NCBI GenBank assembly: GCA_041662205.1
Contig: JBAZSZ010000002.1
Location: forward strand, 103,266-167,265
Length of the DNA: 64,000 bases
Reading direction: 5' to 3'
Source: Minisyncoccota bacterium
Lineage (GTDB): Bacteria > Patescibacteriota > Minisyncoccia > Phycocordibacterales > UBA9973
Shown here: one piece after another, positions 1-10,170 of the stretch
Position numbering within the stretch: the stretch's first letter is position 1
Layout of the letters: each line of letters starts with the position of its first letter
Notes under the pieces: model-generated
The model's input: only the letters and a program-made list of their open reading frames with translations
The model's database searches: none
Told to the model about the DNA's origin: nothing
Translations under genes and position numbers: made by a program

Positions 1-2060
1 CAAATTTTTGGCTTCAGATTGTTAGTGTTAAATGTTACTGTTTCTCCTATCCCAGCATTTTCCATATTTGCGAATGCGACAGGGGCGTTTGTTGGCCATG
101 CAGCATTCCCCCCCCATACATTGAGTCTTTCATACTCATTTTTTAATTCCGCATACCACTGATCGATATTATTGGGGTCTGTGGTCACTATCATATTACT
201 GTTAGCAATTTGGTTGATTTGAGCCATACCCATAGATATAAATGATTTTGCTGCCGAAGTGTCAGCCACAAAATATACCGCTTGTCCTGGGTATAATCTT
301 ATATTGAACTCAGTTTGGCCTAGCGCAAGGGGGACGTACTGGTGATTAGTGGGATTCTCAGACTGAGATATTGGAGTAGTAGTACCCACGGTAATATTTA
401 CGACGACATTTTTAACGGGATTAGAAGAATCTTTTATTTTCACAAAGGTGGCGCCATCGGCTATCCCCGATACGATCAAGTTTGCACCAGAGAGGAGAGC
501 TATAGCAACAGCTTCATTAGAATTTGTTTGGATAGAATAAGGTTCTGCCCCTCCGGATATTGCGGTGATAATTTGGCTACCTGTACCAGCAGTAGTTGAA
601 ATATTTGCCGGAGTAGATATTAGGTCTCCAATGTTGTTTACAGTAATATTTACAGTTTTAGTTTTAACTGGGATAGATGTGTCTTGTACTATTATTGAAG
701 TTGTGCCCTTGGTGACACCAACAATTGTGAGTTTTTGAAGAGAGCCAGAAACATCAATAGAGGCAATAGCTATGGCTGTCGATGCTTCTGGTTGAGGTTG
801 GATACTATAAATTCCTGAACCTCCTGATATTACCGTGCTAGCCGTAGCCCCGACAGTTACCGAAGCATTGTCTGGGACGATTAAATCATCAGCGGTGGGA
901 GTACTGCCATCTAAAGTAACACCATCATAACTAAAATTATCTACTGTTGATGGAGTGCCACTTATTGCACCAGAGAGAGCGTTCAAGCCTTTATTTAAAA
1001 AGTGAGTTAAAAGGGCGTCAAAAATACTAGACAAGCTATTCCCTATTGCTCCATCAAGTGCAGTTGTTAGAAATGGAGAGTTGAGTGCAGACATTACTTG
1101 GTTGGCTGCTACCGAACCGGGAGTAGTATTTTTTAAACCACCTGGGCAATCGTTTGTTAATGCCCATGTAGCTTTAGCTGCTGCTTCGTTTGCGTAATAG
1201 TCATGAATATAGTCGTCGTATGCTTGTTGTTGTGCTGGATCTGTTGGAATATTATTGCCTTCAGAATCTAATCCTCCCCCTGTTACTGTGGGAGGATTAA
1301 AGGCAACAGGATTTTGGAAACTTGGTCTGTTAAATTCGTTGGTACCATTGTTGTAACTAGGATTAGATGGACAAGTTTGTGGAGAAAGAAAACCCATGCC
1401 TTGTTGAAGTAGAGATTGATATTTTTGCGCTGGCGCTTGGACTGTGTCTCGAAGTTGTAGGGCAAGGTAATCAGTCATTTGCATTTGGGATCCTATATAA
1501 TTGTTTTGAGGGTACTGGGTGTTTATTAAAAATCCATTCCATCCACCGACGTTAAAATTATTTCTATAACTCTCAGCTTGTGCCCCATTCATTACCTTGC
1601 TCAAGGTGTACCCCATATTATTGGAAAGCTGGCTTTTGTAACTATTTATGGCATTTAGGGCAAATTGTTTTCCGAAAGGATAAAGCAAACTATCATAGCC
1701 AAAAGTATTTACTACATTTTTTAGTTCAGATTTTGCTATATCATTAAAGAAAGAGGTTGGATTTTCTAAAAAAAGTGGTGATCCATGAAAATCAGAATTT
1801 ATCCAATTTATAGTAGATTGGGTCATTTTTGCTAAAAGTTGCTTTGCGATTGTTTTAAGTAATTGTTCACCGATACGTTTAGCCCAATCTTTAAAGGTCC
1901 AAGCCTCAGTTAAATAATCATTAACTGGTACGCCTACTGGTACTACAGCAGCTCTTACTTGTCTTGGTATAGAAAATAAAATAGTGGGAGTAATGATAGA
2001 AATAATTAAAAGAGCAGAGATAAATTTTACTGTTTTATTTTTGGTTGAAATTTTTTCCAT
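1..2060 (-). CDS. Large secreted/surface protein with C-terminal Ig-like beta-rich repeats; 3' end runs off the window
   Basis: Not in the ORF track because no stop falls in the window. ATG at 2060 reads MEKISTKNKTVKFISALLIISIITPTILFSIP... (signal/TM), then QSTINWINSDFHGSPLFLENP, then repeated 'ISGGxxxYSIQ...IVGV..G.T.I.V.D.S.PVK...VNITV' modules. Confidence 0.75.
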   Translation of the reverse strand, partial: MEKISTKNKTVKFISALLIISIITPTILFSIPRQVRAAVVPVGVPVNDYLTEAWTFKDWAKRIGEQLLKTIAKQLLAKMTQSTINWINSDFHGSPLFLENPTSFFNDIAKSELKNVVNTFGYDSLLYPFGKQFALNAINSYKSQLSNNMGYTLSKVMNGAQAESYRNNFNVGGWNGFLINTQYPQNNYIGSQMQMTDYLALQLRDTVQAPAQKYQSLLQQGMGFLSPQTCPSNPSYNNGTNEFNRPSFQNPVAFNPPTVTGGGLDSEGNNIPTDPAQQQAYDDYIHDYYANEAAAKATWALTNDCPGGLKNTTPGSVAANQVMSALNSPFLTTALDGAIGNSLSSIFDALLTHFLNKGLNALSGAISGTPSTVDNFSYDGVTLDGSTPTADDLIVPDNASVTVGATASTVISGGSGIYSIQPQPEASTAIAIASIDVSGSLQKLTIVGVTKGTTSIIVQDTSIPVKTKTVNITVNNIGDLISTPANISTTAGTGSQIITAISGGAEPYSIQTNSNEAVAIALLSGANLIVSGIADGATFVKIKDSSNPVKNVVVNITVGTTTPISQSENPTNHQYVPLALGQTEFNIRLYPGQAVYFVADTSAAKSFISMGMAQINQIANSNMIVTTDPNNIDQWYAELKNEYERLNVWGGNAAWPTNAPVAFANMENAGIGETVTFNTNNLKPKI

Positions 2061-2098
2061 TTTCTTTTATTTACTTTCTTTATTGTATAATTTTTTAC

Positions 2099-3025
2099 TT
2101 AGTTATTCAATTTTTGTTTAATAGTGTCTGTTAGATTTTTAGCGGAAGATGTTAAGGCAAAGGCATTTTTTTCATATTGGACTATGGCGCCTATTGCTAC
2201 TATCGGATCATTCTCAAAAAGTTTTAGATCGCTTACGGTTTCTTTAATTTTTTGAGAATTATTTATTAAATTTAAATGCAACAAAGAGAGAGATTGTGGT
2301 ACTGGTAGTTTTAATGATTCATTAATAATCTGATTTGTTTGATTAATGACTGAATCAAGTTCTGCTAATTTTGCAGTGTTTGTTTCATCTGCTATAAATT
2401 CTTCCAAGATGGCTGGTACTCCTTTTTTAATGCGGTGTTTTATATAAATATTATTTAAAGAGTCGCTGTATTTTTGGATAACAAGTTTTGTTTCAGTATT
2501 AATGATTTTAATATCAGAAATTCTATAGATTTTTCTTTGGGTAGAATTTTCTATTTTATCGGATAGAGAATTACTTAAGGCATCTATTGTTTCTTGGTCT
2601 ACTTGACCATTTTGACTTAGGGCTGTAACTGTCGCAAAAAGCTCTCTGGAGAATTTGTCCGTTTGAGTTAGGTTTTCTGCACCTGTGGGACCTCCAATAG
2701 TAGCACTAGCACCGGCTTTTTTTTCTTGTTCAGCTCTTAATTTACTTAAGGTAATGCTGTCAGGTGTCCCCAAGGTAGTTTCTTTTTTGTTCGGGTCAAG
2801 ACCATATAAGCTTTCTTGCCAATCCGGTATTCCATCACTGTCGGTATCTTTGTCTACTAGATCTAGTATGGTGGCATTCTCATCATAAGTCAGACCATTT
2901 TTTGTATTATTTTCTTGATTAGATATTTTAGTATTTTTGAATAGAGATGTCTTTTGAAAAATTAAAAGTACCACTAAAAAAAGCACCGCTAAGATGATTA
3001 GAATTATCTTTTTGTGTTTTACCAA
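2099..3025 (-). CDS. Membrane-anchored hypothetical protein with a DxDxDG (TSP3-like) motif
   Basis: N-terminal TM helix; DKDTDSDGIPDWQE motif. Confidence 0.7.
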   Translation of the reverse strand: MVKHKKIILIILAVLFLVVLLIFQKTSLFKNTKISNQENNTKNGLTYDENATILDLVDKDTDSDGIPDWQESLYGLDPNKKETTLGTPDSITLSKLRAEQEKKAGASATIGGPTGAENLTQTDKFSRELFATVTALSQNGQVDQETIDALSNSLSDKIENSTQRKIYRISDIKIINTETKLVIQKYSDSLNNIYIKHRIKKGVPAILEEFIADETNTAKLAELDSVINQTNQIINESLKLPVPQSLSLLHLNLINNSQKIKETVSDLKLFENDPIVAIGAIVQYEKNAFALTSSAKNLTDTIKQKLNN

Positions 3026-3127
3026 AAATATTTTAATAACAATCTAATTGTAACATCTCTTTTAAAAGGAAACTAGGTTTTTGGGGATATCTATGTCTTA
3101 TTTTATAATTATAGTATAATTTATTCC

Positions 3128-4126
3128 ATGAGACTGTTTTTTATTTTTTTATTTCTTATTTTCTCTTTACTTTTTTCTTCACAGACAGCTTTTGCAGTTT
3201 CTACAACCTCAGCTTCCTCTGATTGCAGTATTACTCTTAAATTAAAAGTAGGTTCAAAGGGTATCGAAGTAGAATGTCTTCAAAGAAAAATAGGGATTGT
3301 GGCTGATGGAAGCTTTGGACCTTTGACTAAAGCTAAAATTGTAGTTTTTCAATCAAATAATGGTTTAAAGATTGACGGAATAGTCGGTCCGCTCACACGG
3401 ACGGCTCTAAATGGTATAAAAGTAGGTAATATTTACCCAGAAGGTTGTATCTCAAATGTAGGATATAGTCCAACGACTGGCAAAAAATGTGATGGTACTG
3501 TAAAAAGTGTTGTAAATAAAGGCTTTAATCCTACTTCTATTCTTACCCCTACTCTTACTCCAAAACTTACTTCCAATAATGTAAATATGGATCAATTTAT
3601 TAAAACAGTGGTAGAAGTAAGTAGAAAATCTGGTTCCAGTGAAGCAAATCTTAAAATCATAGCGGATACTCTCAGGGAAACAATTCTAAATAGTGATGTT
3701 GATTATAATAAAAAATTTGAAGAATTGTTGACCAATGAAAGTAAATTGAGCACTAATTTAAAAACTAATATTTTTGCTTCTGTGTTTGATAAAGTTCTTA
3801 CAAAGACTTTTTCCTTTTTAGGGATTAAGCCTTCTATGGCTTTTGCTGCAACTGGTATACCGTTTGGTGGAGCTTTACTCTTTCCTTTTTTTTGTGAATA
3901 TAATGCAAGCTGGATGATAACTGTTTCACCTCTTCCCCCAACTTTTGTAACCCTTCTCTCTTATTATCCGGGAACTCAAGGATTTGCGAGTTATAATATA
4001 CCTTTTACTCGTTGGTTGCTCGGTGAATATGTAACACCTGGCGTTTGTTTAATACCAGGTGACCCTGTTATTGTTATTCCCACTACAGGTACTATTACTC
4101 CAAAGGTAGGTTCTTCTCCTATTTAG
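3128..4126 (+). CDS. Secreted peptidoglycan-binding domain protein
   Basis: Signal peptide; LKVGSKG..V..LQ..., DGSFGPLT, FQ..NGL..DGIVGPLTR (PG_binding_1-like). Confidence 0.8.
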   Translation: MRLFFIFLFLIFSLLFSSQTAFAVSTTSASSDCSITLKLKVGSKGIEVECLQRKIGIVADGSFGPLTKAKIVVFQSNNGLKIDGIVGPLTRTALNGIKVGNIYPEGCISNVGYSPTTGKKCDGTVKSVVNKGFNPTSILTPTLTPKLTSNNVNMDQFIKTVVEVSRKSGSSEANLKIIADTLRETILNSDVDYNKKFEELLTNESKLSTNLKTNIFASVFDKVLTKTFSFLGIKPSMAFAATGIPFGGALLFPFFCEYNASWMITVSPLPPTFVTLLSYYPGTQGFASYNIPFTRWLLGEYVTPGVCLIPGDPVIVIPTTGTITPKVGSSPI

Positions 4127-4961
4127 AAGCAAGAGAAATTAGTATTATCCAATCATTGAGCGATAAATCTTCTGCTCTTTTGTTTTCCAGAGATGCCAAA
4201 TCCTTGTTTTGGCAGACATTCTTTAAATTACCAGAGAGTTTTTTTCTTTTATGGGCGAAGCCTGCTTTTACTATTTCCCAAAATTTTTCTTCGTTTATTT
4301 TGTTTTTTATAAAAGTTTTCCTAGAAATATTTTTTATAGAGATAATAGCTGAATCAACTTTTGGTGCGGGAGAAAAATATCTAGCGGGTACCTTCATTAT
4401 TAATTTTGGATCTCCGTAAGCTTTGACTGAAATGGAAAGGATGCTCTCTTTTTGGTCACGAGCGATGATTCTTTTGGCTACTTCATGCTGGACCATCAGA
4501 ACCATAAGTTCTGGTTGATGCAAACCACCTAAAAATTTTTTTAGAATTGCGCCAGTGATATTGTAAGGAATGTTGGCGATTATCTTATAGCGAAGAGATC
4601 TTAAATTTTTAGAATGGTCTGGCCGGGATAGGGACCCGGAGAACCGAGGACTTGATAAAAATTTGAAAATCTCTTCGCTGATATTAAATTCTAAAATATC
4701 CTCATTTATTAAAATTAATTCCCCCCCAGCAATTTCTTTTTCAAACCTTTCTTTTAAAAATTCAAAAAGTTCTCGGTCTTTTTCTACTGCTATTACAGTT
4801 TCAGATTTTTCTAAAAGTTTTTTTGTGAGAGCTCCTTTCCCCGGCCCTATTTCTAAAATTACATCTCCCTTTTTTATTTCACCCGCTTCAATAATTTTTT
4901 TTAAAGCCAGTTCAGACTTTAAAAAATTTTGCCCTAGTGATTTTTTTGCTTTGTGTTGCAT
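4119..4961 (-). CDS. rsmA: 16S rRNA m6,2A dimethyltransferase RsmA/KsgA, carrying an in-frame repeat insertion
   Basis: KKSLGQNFL, LEIGPGKGALT, ANIPYNIT, F.PAPKVDS motifs. Confidence 0.97.
   Translation of the reverse strand: MQHKAKKSLGQNFLKSELALKKIIEAGEIKKGDVILEIGPGKGALTKKLLEKSETVIAVEKDRELFEFLKERFEKEIAGGELILINEDILEFNISEEIFKFLSSPRFSGSLSRPDHSKNLRSLRYKIIANIPYNITGAILKKFLGGLHQPELMVLMVQHEVAKRIIARDQKESILSISVKAYGDPKLIMKVPARYFSPAPKVDSAIISIKNISRKTFIKNKINEEKFWEIVKAGFAHKRKKLSGNLKNVCQNKDLASLENKRAEDLSLNDWIILISLASK
4589..4679. repeat. Family A hairpin element, copy 1 (in-frame in rsmA)
   Basis: Arms AGCGAAGAGAT..AAATTTTT / AAAAATTT..ATCTCTTCGCT around core ATGGTCTGGCCGGGATAGGGACCCGGAGAACCGAGGAC. Confidence 0.92.
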
Positions 4962-4965
4962 ATAT

Positions 4966-7047
4966 TTATAAGTAAATTGTTTTTATTCCACTAGCCTCCC
5001 CTTCTTTTTCTAATAAATCTGCTGGAATATCAGAAATAAATTCTGATGGAGCATTGATGTTGCGTGATCCAAAAATAGTGCGGAAATTTGCAAAGGATAA
5101 AAATAATTTTCTTCGGGCGCGGGTGAGCGCTACATAGAAAAGCCTTCTTTCTTCTTCACTATCTTCTCCAGACTGTCTCTCTCCTTGTCTTTGGTGCGGG
5201 AAAAGTCCGTCTTCAAGTCCAGTAATAAAAACGTATTCAAATTCAAGGCCTTTTGAGGCATGTACTGTCATTAATTTTATGGCATTTATTGTTTCTTTTT
5301 TCTCCTGATTTATCATTAAAGAATCCTGATCTGAGGCAAGGGAGGCATCTTCTAGAAGTTTTTCTACCCCTGCTCCATTTGTTAAATTGTCATATTTAAG
5401 AGCAAGGGTGGCGAGTTCTTTAATGTTTTCTAGTCTTTCCATATCTTCTTCAGTACCATTTTGTAATTCTTGTTCTATTCCAGATTTTTTGATTACAAAT
5501 TTTATTAATTCACTTGCTTTCAAGTTCGCTATTTTTTCTTTTATTTCTTCTAGTGTTTCGTAAAATTTGCTGATTTTTAACTGCATTTTTATTGGTAAGG
5601 TTTCTTTTTGGTTGGCAAAAATTTTCATCAAAGTTACTTTGCCGATGCCTCGTGCCGGGAAATTTATTATTCTTTTTATGTCAGATAGGCTGTCAGGATT
5701 TAAAGCTGCGCGCAAATATGCGAGAGTGTCTTTAATTTCTTTTCTTTCAAAAAATTTAACCCCTAAAACTTGGTAAGGGATATTATATCGAAGCATCGCT
5801 TCTTCGAGTGCTCGTGATTGGAAATTTGCGCGATATAAAACTGCGACTTCGCTGGCGATGCTTTTGCTCAGGTTCTCGGTCCCCCGGGTCCCTATCCCGG
5901 CCAGACCATTCTCAAAAGCATCACCAGCCCCGTCTATAATTTCTAAAATTTTTGTCGCGACAAATTCGGCTTCATCAGTTTCATCCAGAGCTTCATAGAG
6001 ACTTATCTTTTCACCTTCCACATTTTTTGTAAATAAATTTTTATCTGGCCGGTATTTATTTTTTTTGATTACTTCATTTGCCGCTTCTAAAATATTTTGA
6101 GTAGATCTATAATTTTGTTCTAATAAAATTATTTTGGCATTTGGGTAATCTTTTTCAAAACTTAAAATGTTTTTCAAATTTGCTCCGCGCCAAGAGTAAA
6201 TATTTTGATCGGCATCACCAACTACACAAATATTTTTATTATTTTCAGAAAGTAGCTTAGACATCAAGTATTGCACTTCATTGGTGTCTTGATATTCATC
6301 CACATGGATATATTCCCATTTTTCTTGATAAATTTTTCTGATTTCTGCATTTTCTTTTAATAATTTTGTCGCTTTAAGGAGCAGATCATCAAAGTCTAAA
6401 GAATTCTCTTTCATTTTTTGCTTCTCATATAAATTCCAAACCTGCGCTACTATTTTTCCGAGAGGACTTGAGCCCCCCTCTTCCCTCTCCGCATAATCTG
6501 CTAAATGTACAAACTTTCCTTTTTCTCGCGAGATTATATTTTTTATTTTTTTTGGATCGTATTGTTTTGGATCTATGCCGAGTTCTTTTAAGATATTTTT
6601 AATAAGGGTAGTCGCATCTCCTTCATCTAAAATAGTGAAATATCTTGTAAGTCCTAATAATCTAGCATTTTCTTTTATTATATAAACTCCTAGAGAGTGA
6701 AAAGTGGATACGAAAGGCGCTTCACTGGGAATACTTTTTTGGATGGTCTGGCCGGGATAGGGACCCGGAGAACCGAGGACCTCCGAAAAAGCATTCCCAG
6801 TGAAGCTGTTTTTTATTGCAACATCAATTCTTTCACGCATTTCCTTGGCAGCTTTATTGGTGAATGTCACTGCCAGAATTTTATCAGGAGACACTCCATT
6901 TTTTATTAAATTTACAATTCGGTGCGTAATGGTTTTTGTTTTTCCAGCTCCAGCTCCAGCAATAATCAAAAGTGGTCCCTTCATATGAAGCGCCGCCTCT
7001 TTTTGTTCAGGATTTAGGCCTTTAAGATGTTTTTCGTCTGTATCCAC
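4966..7047 (-). CDS. pcrA: ATP-dependent DNA helicase PcrA/UvrD with two in-frame repeat insertions
   Basis: AGAGAGKTKT, VDEYQDTN, VGDADQNIYSWRGA, LEQNYRST, MTVHASKGLEF, EERRLFYVALTRA. Confidence 0.96.
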   Translation of the reverse strand: MDTDEKHLKGLNPEQKEAALHMKGPLLIIAGAGAGKTKTITHRIVNLIKNGVSPDKILAVTFTNKAAKEMRERIDVAIKNSFTGNAFSEVLGSPGPYPGQTIQKSIPSEAPFVSTFHSLGVYIIKENARLLGLTRYFTILDEGDATTLIKNILKELGIDPKQYDPKKIKNIISREKGKFVHLADYAEREEGGSSPLGKIVAQVWNLYEKQKMKENSLDFDDLLLKATKLLKENAEIRKIYQEKWEYIHVDEYQDTNEVQYLMSKLLSENNKNICVVGDADQNIYSWRGANLKNILSFEKDYPNAKIILLEQNYRSTQNILEAANEVIKKNKYRPDKNLFTKNVEGEKISLYEALDETDEAEFVATKILEIIDGAGDAFENGLAGIGTRGTENLSKSIASEVAVLYRANFQSRALEEAMLRYNIPYQVLGVKFFERKEIKDTLAYLRAALNPDSLSDIKRIINFPARGIGKVTLMKIFANQKETLPIKMQLKISKFYETLEEIKEKIANLKASELIKFVIKKSGIEQELQNGTEEDMERLENIKELATLALKYDNLTNGAGVEKLLEDASLASDQDSLMINQEKKETINAIKLMTVHASKGLEFEYVFITGLEDGLFPHQRQGERQSGEDSEEERRLFYVALTRARRKLFLSFANFRTIFGSRNINAPSEFISDIPADLLEKEGEASGIKTIYL
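5851..5928. repeat. Family A hairpin element, copy 2 (in-frame in pcrA, opposite orientation to copy 3)
   Basis: Arms GCTGGCGATGCTTTTG / CAAAAGCATCACCAGC; reverse-complemented core ATGGTCTGGCCGGGATAGGGACCCGGGGGACCGAGAACC. Confidence 0.92.
6719..6806. repeat. Family A hairpin element, copy 3 (in-frame in pcrA)
   Basis: Arms GCTTCACTGGGAATACTTTTTTGGA / TCCGAAAAAGCATTCCCAGTGAAGC; core identical to copy 1. Confidence 0.93.
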
Positions 7048-7081
7048 GCATTTAATATAGCATGAATTTATTTTCTTAGAC

Positions 7082-9838
7082 TTATTTTCTTAAATTTTCT
7101 TCAAAAATTTCTAGTTTTCCAGTTGCTGTTAATTTTTGTAAGCAACGAGCGATAAAATGCTCACTACTTTCAGCTCCTATTCCAAGGAAACCTGATTTTG
7201 GTTTAAGTTCTGCGTGGTTTTTAAGTATATTTAAATAACCTGATAAGTGGTTTGCTGTCGGATCAGCACTTGGATTTTCTTGATATTCTAGAACTTCATC
7301 CGCTCTTAGTTTAAAACTATTTGATAAGTTATGCCACGTTATTGTTTTTTCCTCTAATAAGAAATCTACGCCATCGTCTTTGGCTTCATAAGCTTGCATT
7401 AATTTTTCCCCAGATAGACCATAAGGATTTTCTGCAAATTCAGGATGTTCTAATAAAATATTATTTTCCTCATGTGAAATATCTAAAAATGGATCATTGA
7501 GATATACATTTCCACCCCCTGTTTGTATTTCATTGCCTGTATGTCTTACTTCGCCGGTTGTTACTTTCATTCCAGTTGTGTATTTCGTGCCTGTGGAATA
7601 TGTTTTATTTCCTAAGGTAGGTTTTTTTATTTCAGTAGTGTCTGTAATGTTTGTTTTGGCTGTTTCAGTATCTATATCATATTGCATTTTTAATCTTGCT
7701 TTTGCTACTTCTATATTTGAATTTAATTCTTTTATTTTAGCATTTGATGCTTCTAATTCTTCAGCCGGGGTAAGTTTTGGAGGTGTTTCAGGTTCAGGCG
7801 TTGTCATGGGTGTAGGTTCAAGTTGTTCCGAGGTTGAAGTTTCGGGAACTTCAGTATCATTTTCATTTTCAAGCATTTCGTTCGCACTTTTTGTTGAAAT
7901 TTTCGCACTTCCATCTGAATCAAACATTTTTTCCGCATAGTATTCGACGTCTTCTCCTGTTTTTGCATCATGAAAAATTAAATTTCCCTGCGCATCAAAT
8001 TTTAAAGTCGAACCTTCTCGAATCAACGCACTTTCTTCAGGACTATTTGGATCATAAAGTCCGAGATTTTTTGCTCCCTCTATCGCATCGGTTTTCATAA
8101 AATCTTGAACACTTTTTGGTGCATTGGAATAATCCTCATTATATTGTTCTGCAATTTGCTTTTTCAAATCTAAAATCCCTTGTATTCCACCTTTTCCATT
8201 TTCAAACTTAATTCCCTCGTTAGTAAATCCTTTAACCGTTTGTGCAAACTTTGGAGTTTCTGGTGTTGGTGTTGCGTCTTGAGGTGCGGGTGCCTTAAAG
8301 GATTCTGTGGGCGCAGGTTTTGTTGCCTGTTCTTCTATCGCTGGAGCTGTACTAGGTGCAGGCTTTGGCGCAGGTGCTGATTTTTCTACCCCTCCCTTTT
8401 TTTCTCCACTAAAGATATTTTTTATAAATTTTCCAGCTCCATCAATTGGGTGAATGCCGTGAGATGTTAAAACCCGTGATATATTCTCAAATATTTTTTC
8501 TGCAGATAGGGCTAGTGTTTCTACCGTTACCACTGCGACGACAGTCTTTCCAGCTGTCTGCGCATAGCGACCAGCCATAGCCAGTCCGTCCACCGTACCG
8601 TATTGTGTAATAATACGATCACAATCTTCCAAATTTTTTCTTTCTTTTGTTAAAAGTTTTTCTATTGCCGTTTCTTTTTGTTCATGTGTAAGTCCCATAT
8701 CTCCTTGTATCTTTGTGATTTTTATATCAAGAAGAGCTAATCCACCCTCGATATCTGTTTTTAATATTTTTTGTATAAAAGAATTTGCAACATCAGGTAT
8801 TTTTAATCTTTCTTGTAAATCTTTAGGCATTTCCATCAAATAAGCTTTTTTTAATGCTTCTGCGGAAACGGAAATATTTCCATCCCACGCTCTATAATAT
8901 ATATTCCAAGCTTCTTCTTCTGCACGTTCCATATCCTCAATTCTGGTTTTTTCTATTACCTTTTCATTTTTTAAACGAGCTTCTTTACCTGCTTCAGCTA
9001 TACGAGTGGTCGCCATGCCTCCCATCATCACATAACGCAAAGGTGAAGCTAGAGATGCACCAGTTAAATCAGTAACCATTCTGCCGTATCTCACAACATT
9101 TCCAAAAAGAAGGCTTGCATTTGAAAGTCTGTGTTTTTCTTTGCCACTAGTAGTATCTTCAGCTTTTTTTACAGCAACTTTTGCGTCCCGTTCAAAACCG
9201 TTTCGCATTTCTGCAAAAAATCTTCCAGCCGTTCCTTTCTTGTCAATTTTCTTTAGTGCTTGATTAAAAGCCCCAGCAAAAAGATCATTTTTCGCCTTTT
9301 CAACTTTAAAACCAATAGTACTCAACCCCCAACCGATTTTTTCTTTATCTTTCGGTGAAAGATTTTTTAATTCTTCTTCTACCTCAACTTCTTCGGGAGT
9401 TTTTGGGGCACTTTCTTTTTTAGGTTCAACTTTGAGTCTGATGGTTTTCAATGCATCTATTATCCTTTTATATTCTTTTATTTCTTCAGTACAAGCATTT
9501 ATATTTTTTTGTTTCGTTGTTTCATTGTATTCTTTATCTTCTAACCAAGAATTTAATAATTCCTCAGCATCGCTTCTTTTTTCACTAAAATATGTTATTG
9601 GATCAGATTCTAATAATTTTACAGATTTTTCACAGTGTTTGATCATATTTTCATCTTGTTGTTCTGTAAAATCTTTCAAGATACTTTTTTCTTTTTTTAA
9701 TTCTTCATCAATAATGTTTTTAACATCTTCAGGTAATTCTGTATTTTCTTTTTTCCCTTCTCTTTTTTTATCTTCCTTAATACCTTTTTCAATTTTTTTA
9801 TTAAGAGCCGTGTTCGGCATTAGATTTATTCTTTTCAT
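7082..9838 (-). CDS. Large hypothetical protein with charged helical N-half and Pro/Thr-rich linkers
   Basis: 918-aa ORF; APAPKPAPSTAP and EPTPMTTPEPETPP linkers; no recognised domain. Confidence 0.8.
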   Translation of the reverse strand: MKRINLMPNTALNKKIEKGIKEDKKREGKKENTELPEDVKNIIDEELKKEKSILKDFTEQQDENMIKHCEKSVKLLESDPITYFSEKRSDAEELLNSWLEDKEYNETTKQKNINACTEEIKEYKRIIDALKTIRLKVEPKKESAPKTPEEVEVEEELKNLSPKDKEKIGWGLSTIGFKVEKAKNDLFAGAFNQALKKIDKKGTAGRFFAEMRNGFERDAKVAVKKAEDTTSGKEKHRLSNASLLFGNVVRYGRMVTDLTGASLASPLRYVMMGGMATTRIAEAGKEARLKNEKVIEKTRIEDMERAEEEAWNIYYRAWDGNISVSAEALKKAYLMEMPKDLQERLKIPDVANSFIQKILKTDIEGGLALLDIKITKIQGDMGLTHEQKETAIEKLLTKERKNLEDCDRIITQYGTVDGLAMAGRYAQTAGKTVVAVVTVETLALSAEKIFENISRVLTSHGIHPIDGAGKFIKNIFSGEKKGGVEKSAPAPKPAPSTAPAIEEQATKPAPTESFKAPAPQDATPTPETPKFAQTVKGFTNEGIKFENGKGGIQGILDLKKQIAEQYNEDYSNAPKSVQDFMKTDAIEGAKNLGLYDPNSPEESALIREGSTLKFDAQGNLIFHDAKTGEDVEYYAEKMFDSDGSAKISTKSANEMLENENDTEVPETSTSEQLEPTPMTTPEPETPPKLTPAEELEASNAKIKELNSNIEVAKARLKMQYDIDTETAKTNITDTTEIKKPTLGNKTYSTGTKYTTGMKVTTGEVRHTGNEIQTGGGNVYLNDPFLDISHEENNILLEHPEFAENPYGLSGEKLMQAYEAKDDGVDFLLEEKTITWHNLSNSFKLRADEVLEYQENPSADPTANHLSGYLNILKNHAELKPKSGFLGIGAESSEHFIARCLQKLTATGKLEIFEENLRK

Positions 9839-10170
9839 AAGTATTTATATTATATATTTTTTAATTTTTAATACCAAATTTAGGTTAAAATAGTTATCCA
9901 CATTAATTTACGATTAAATTGACTTTTGACCCTTTTTGAGCTATTTTAGGAGTATAGTTCTGAAGAGAGGTATGGGGCAAATTGACCGAATTCCAGAGAA
10001 GATAGTAACATCGTGAGAATCTTTTTCCACCGGTTGGTGGACACAGTACTGTGGTCGTCCTGTAATTCTAGCCTTATATTTAAAGGCTAGAAAAGGAAAT
10101 CTCGCGACATTTTGTTTGTTTTATAAAACCTAAATTCAAAATTCTAAAATCACTCGTATCCTTTTTCCTG

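Noticed and set aside
9960-10110. c-di-AMP or c-di-GMP riboswitch upstream of the M23 gene
   Set aside because: Only GGCAAA resembles c-di-GMP-I, and the other conserved blocks were not found; kept as an unassigned structure
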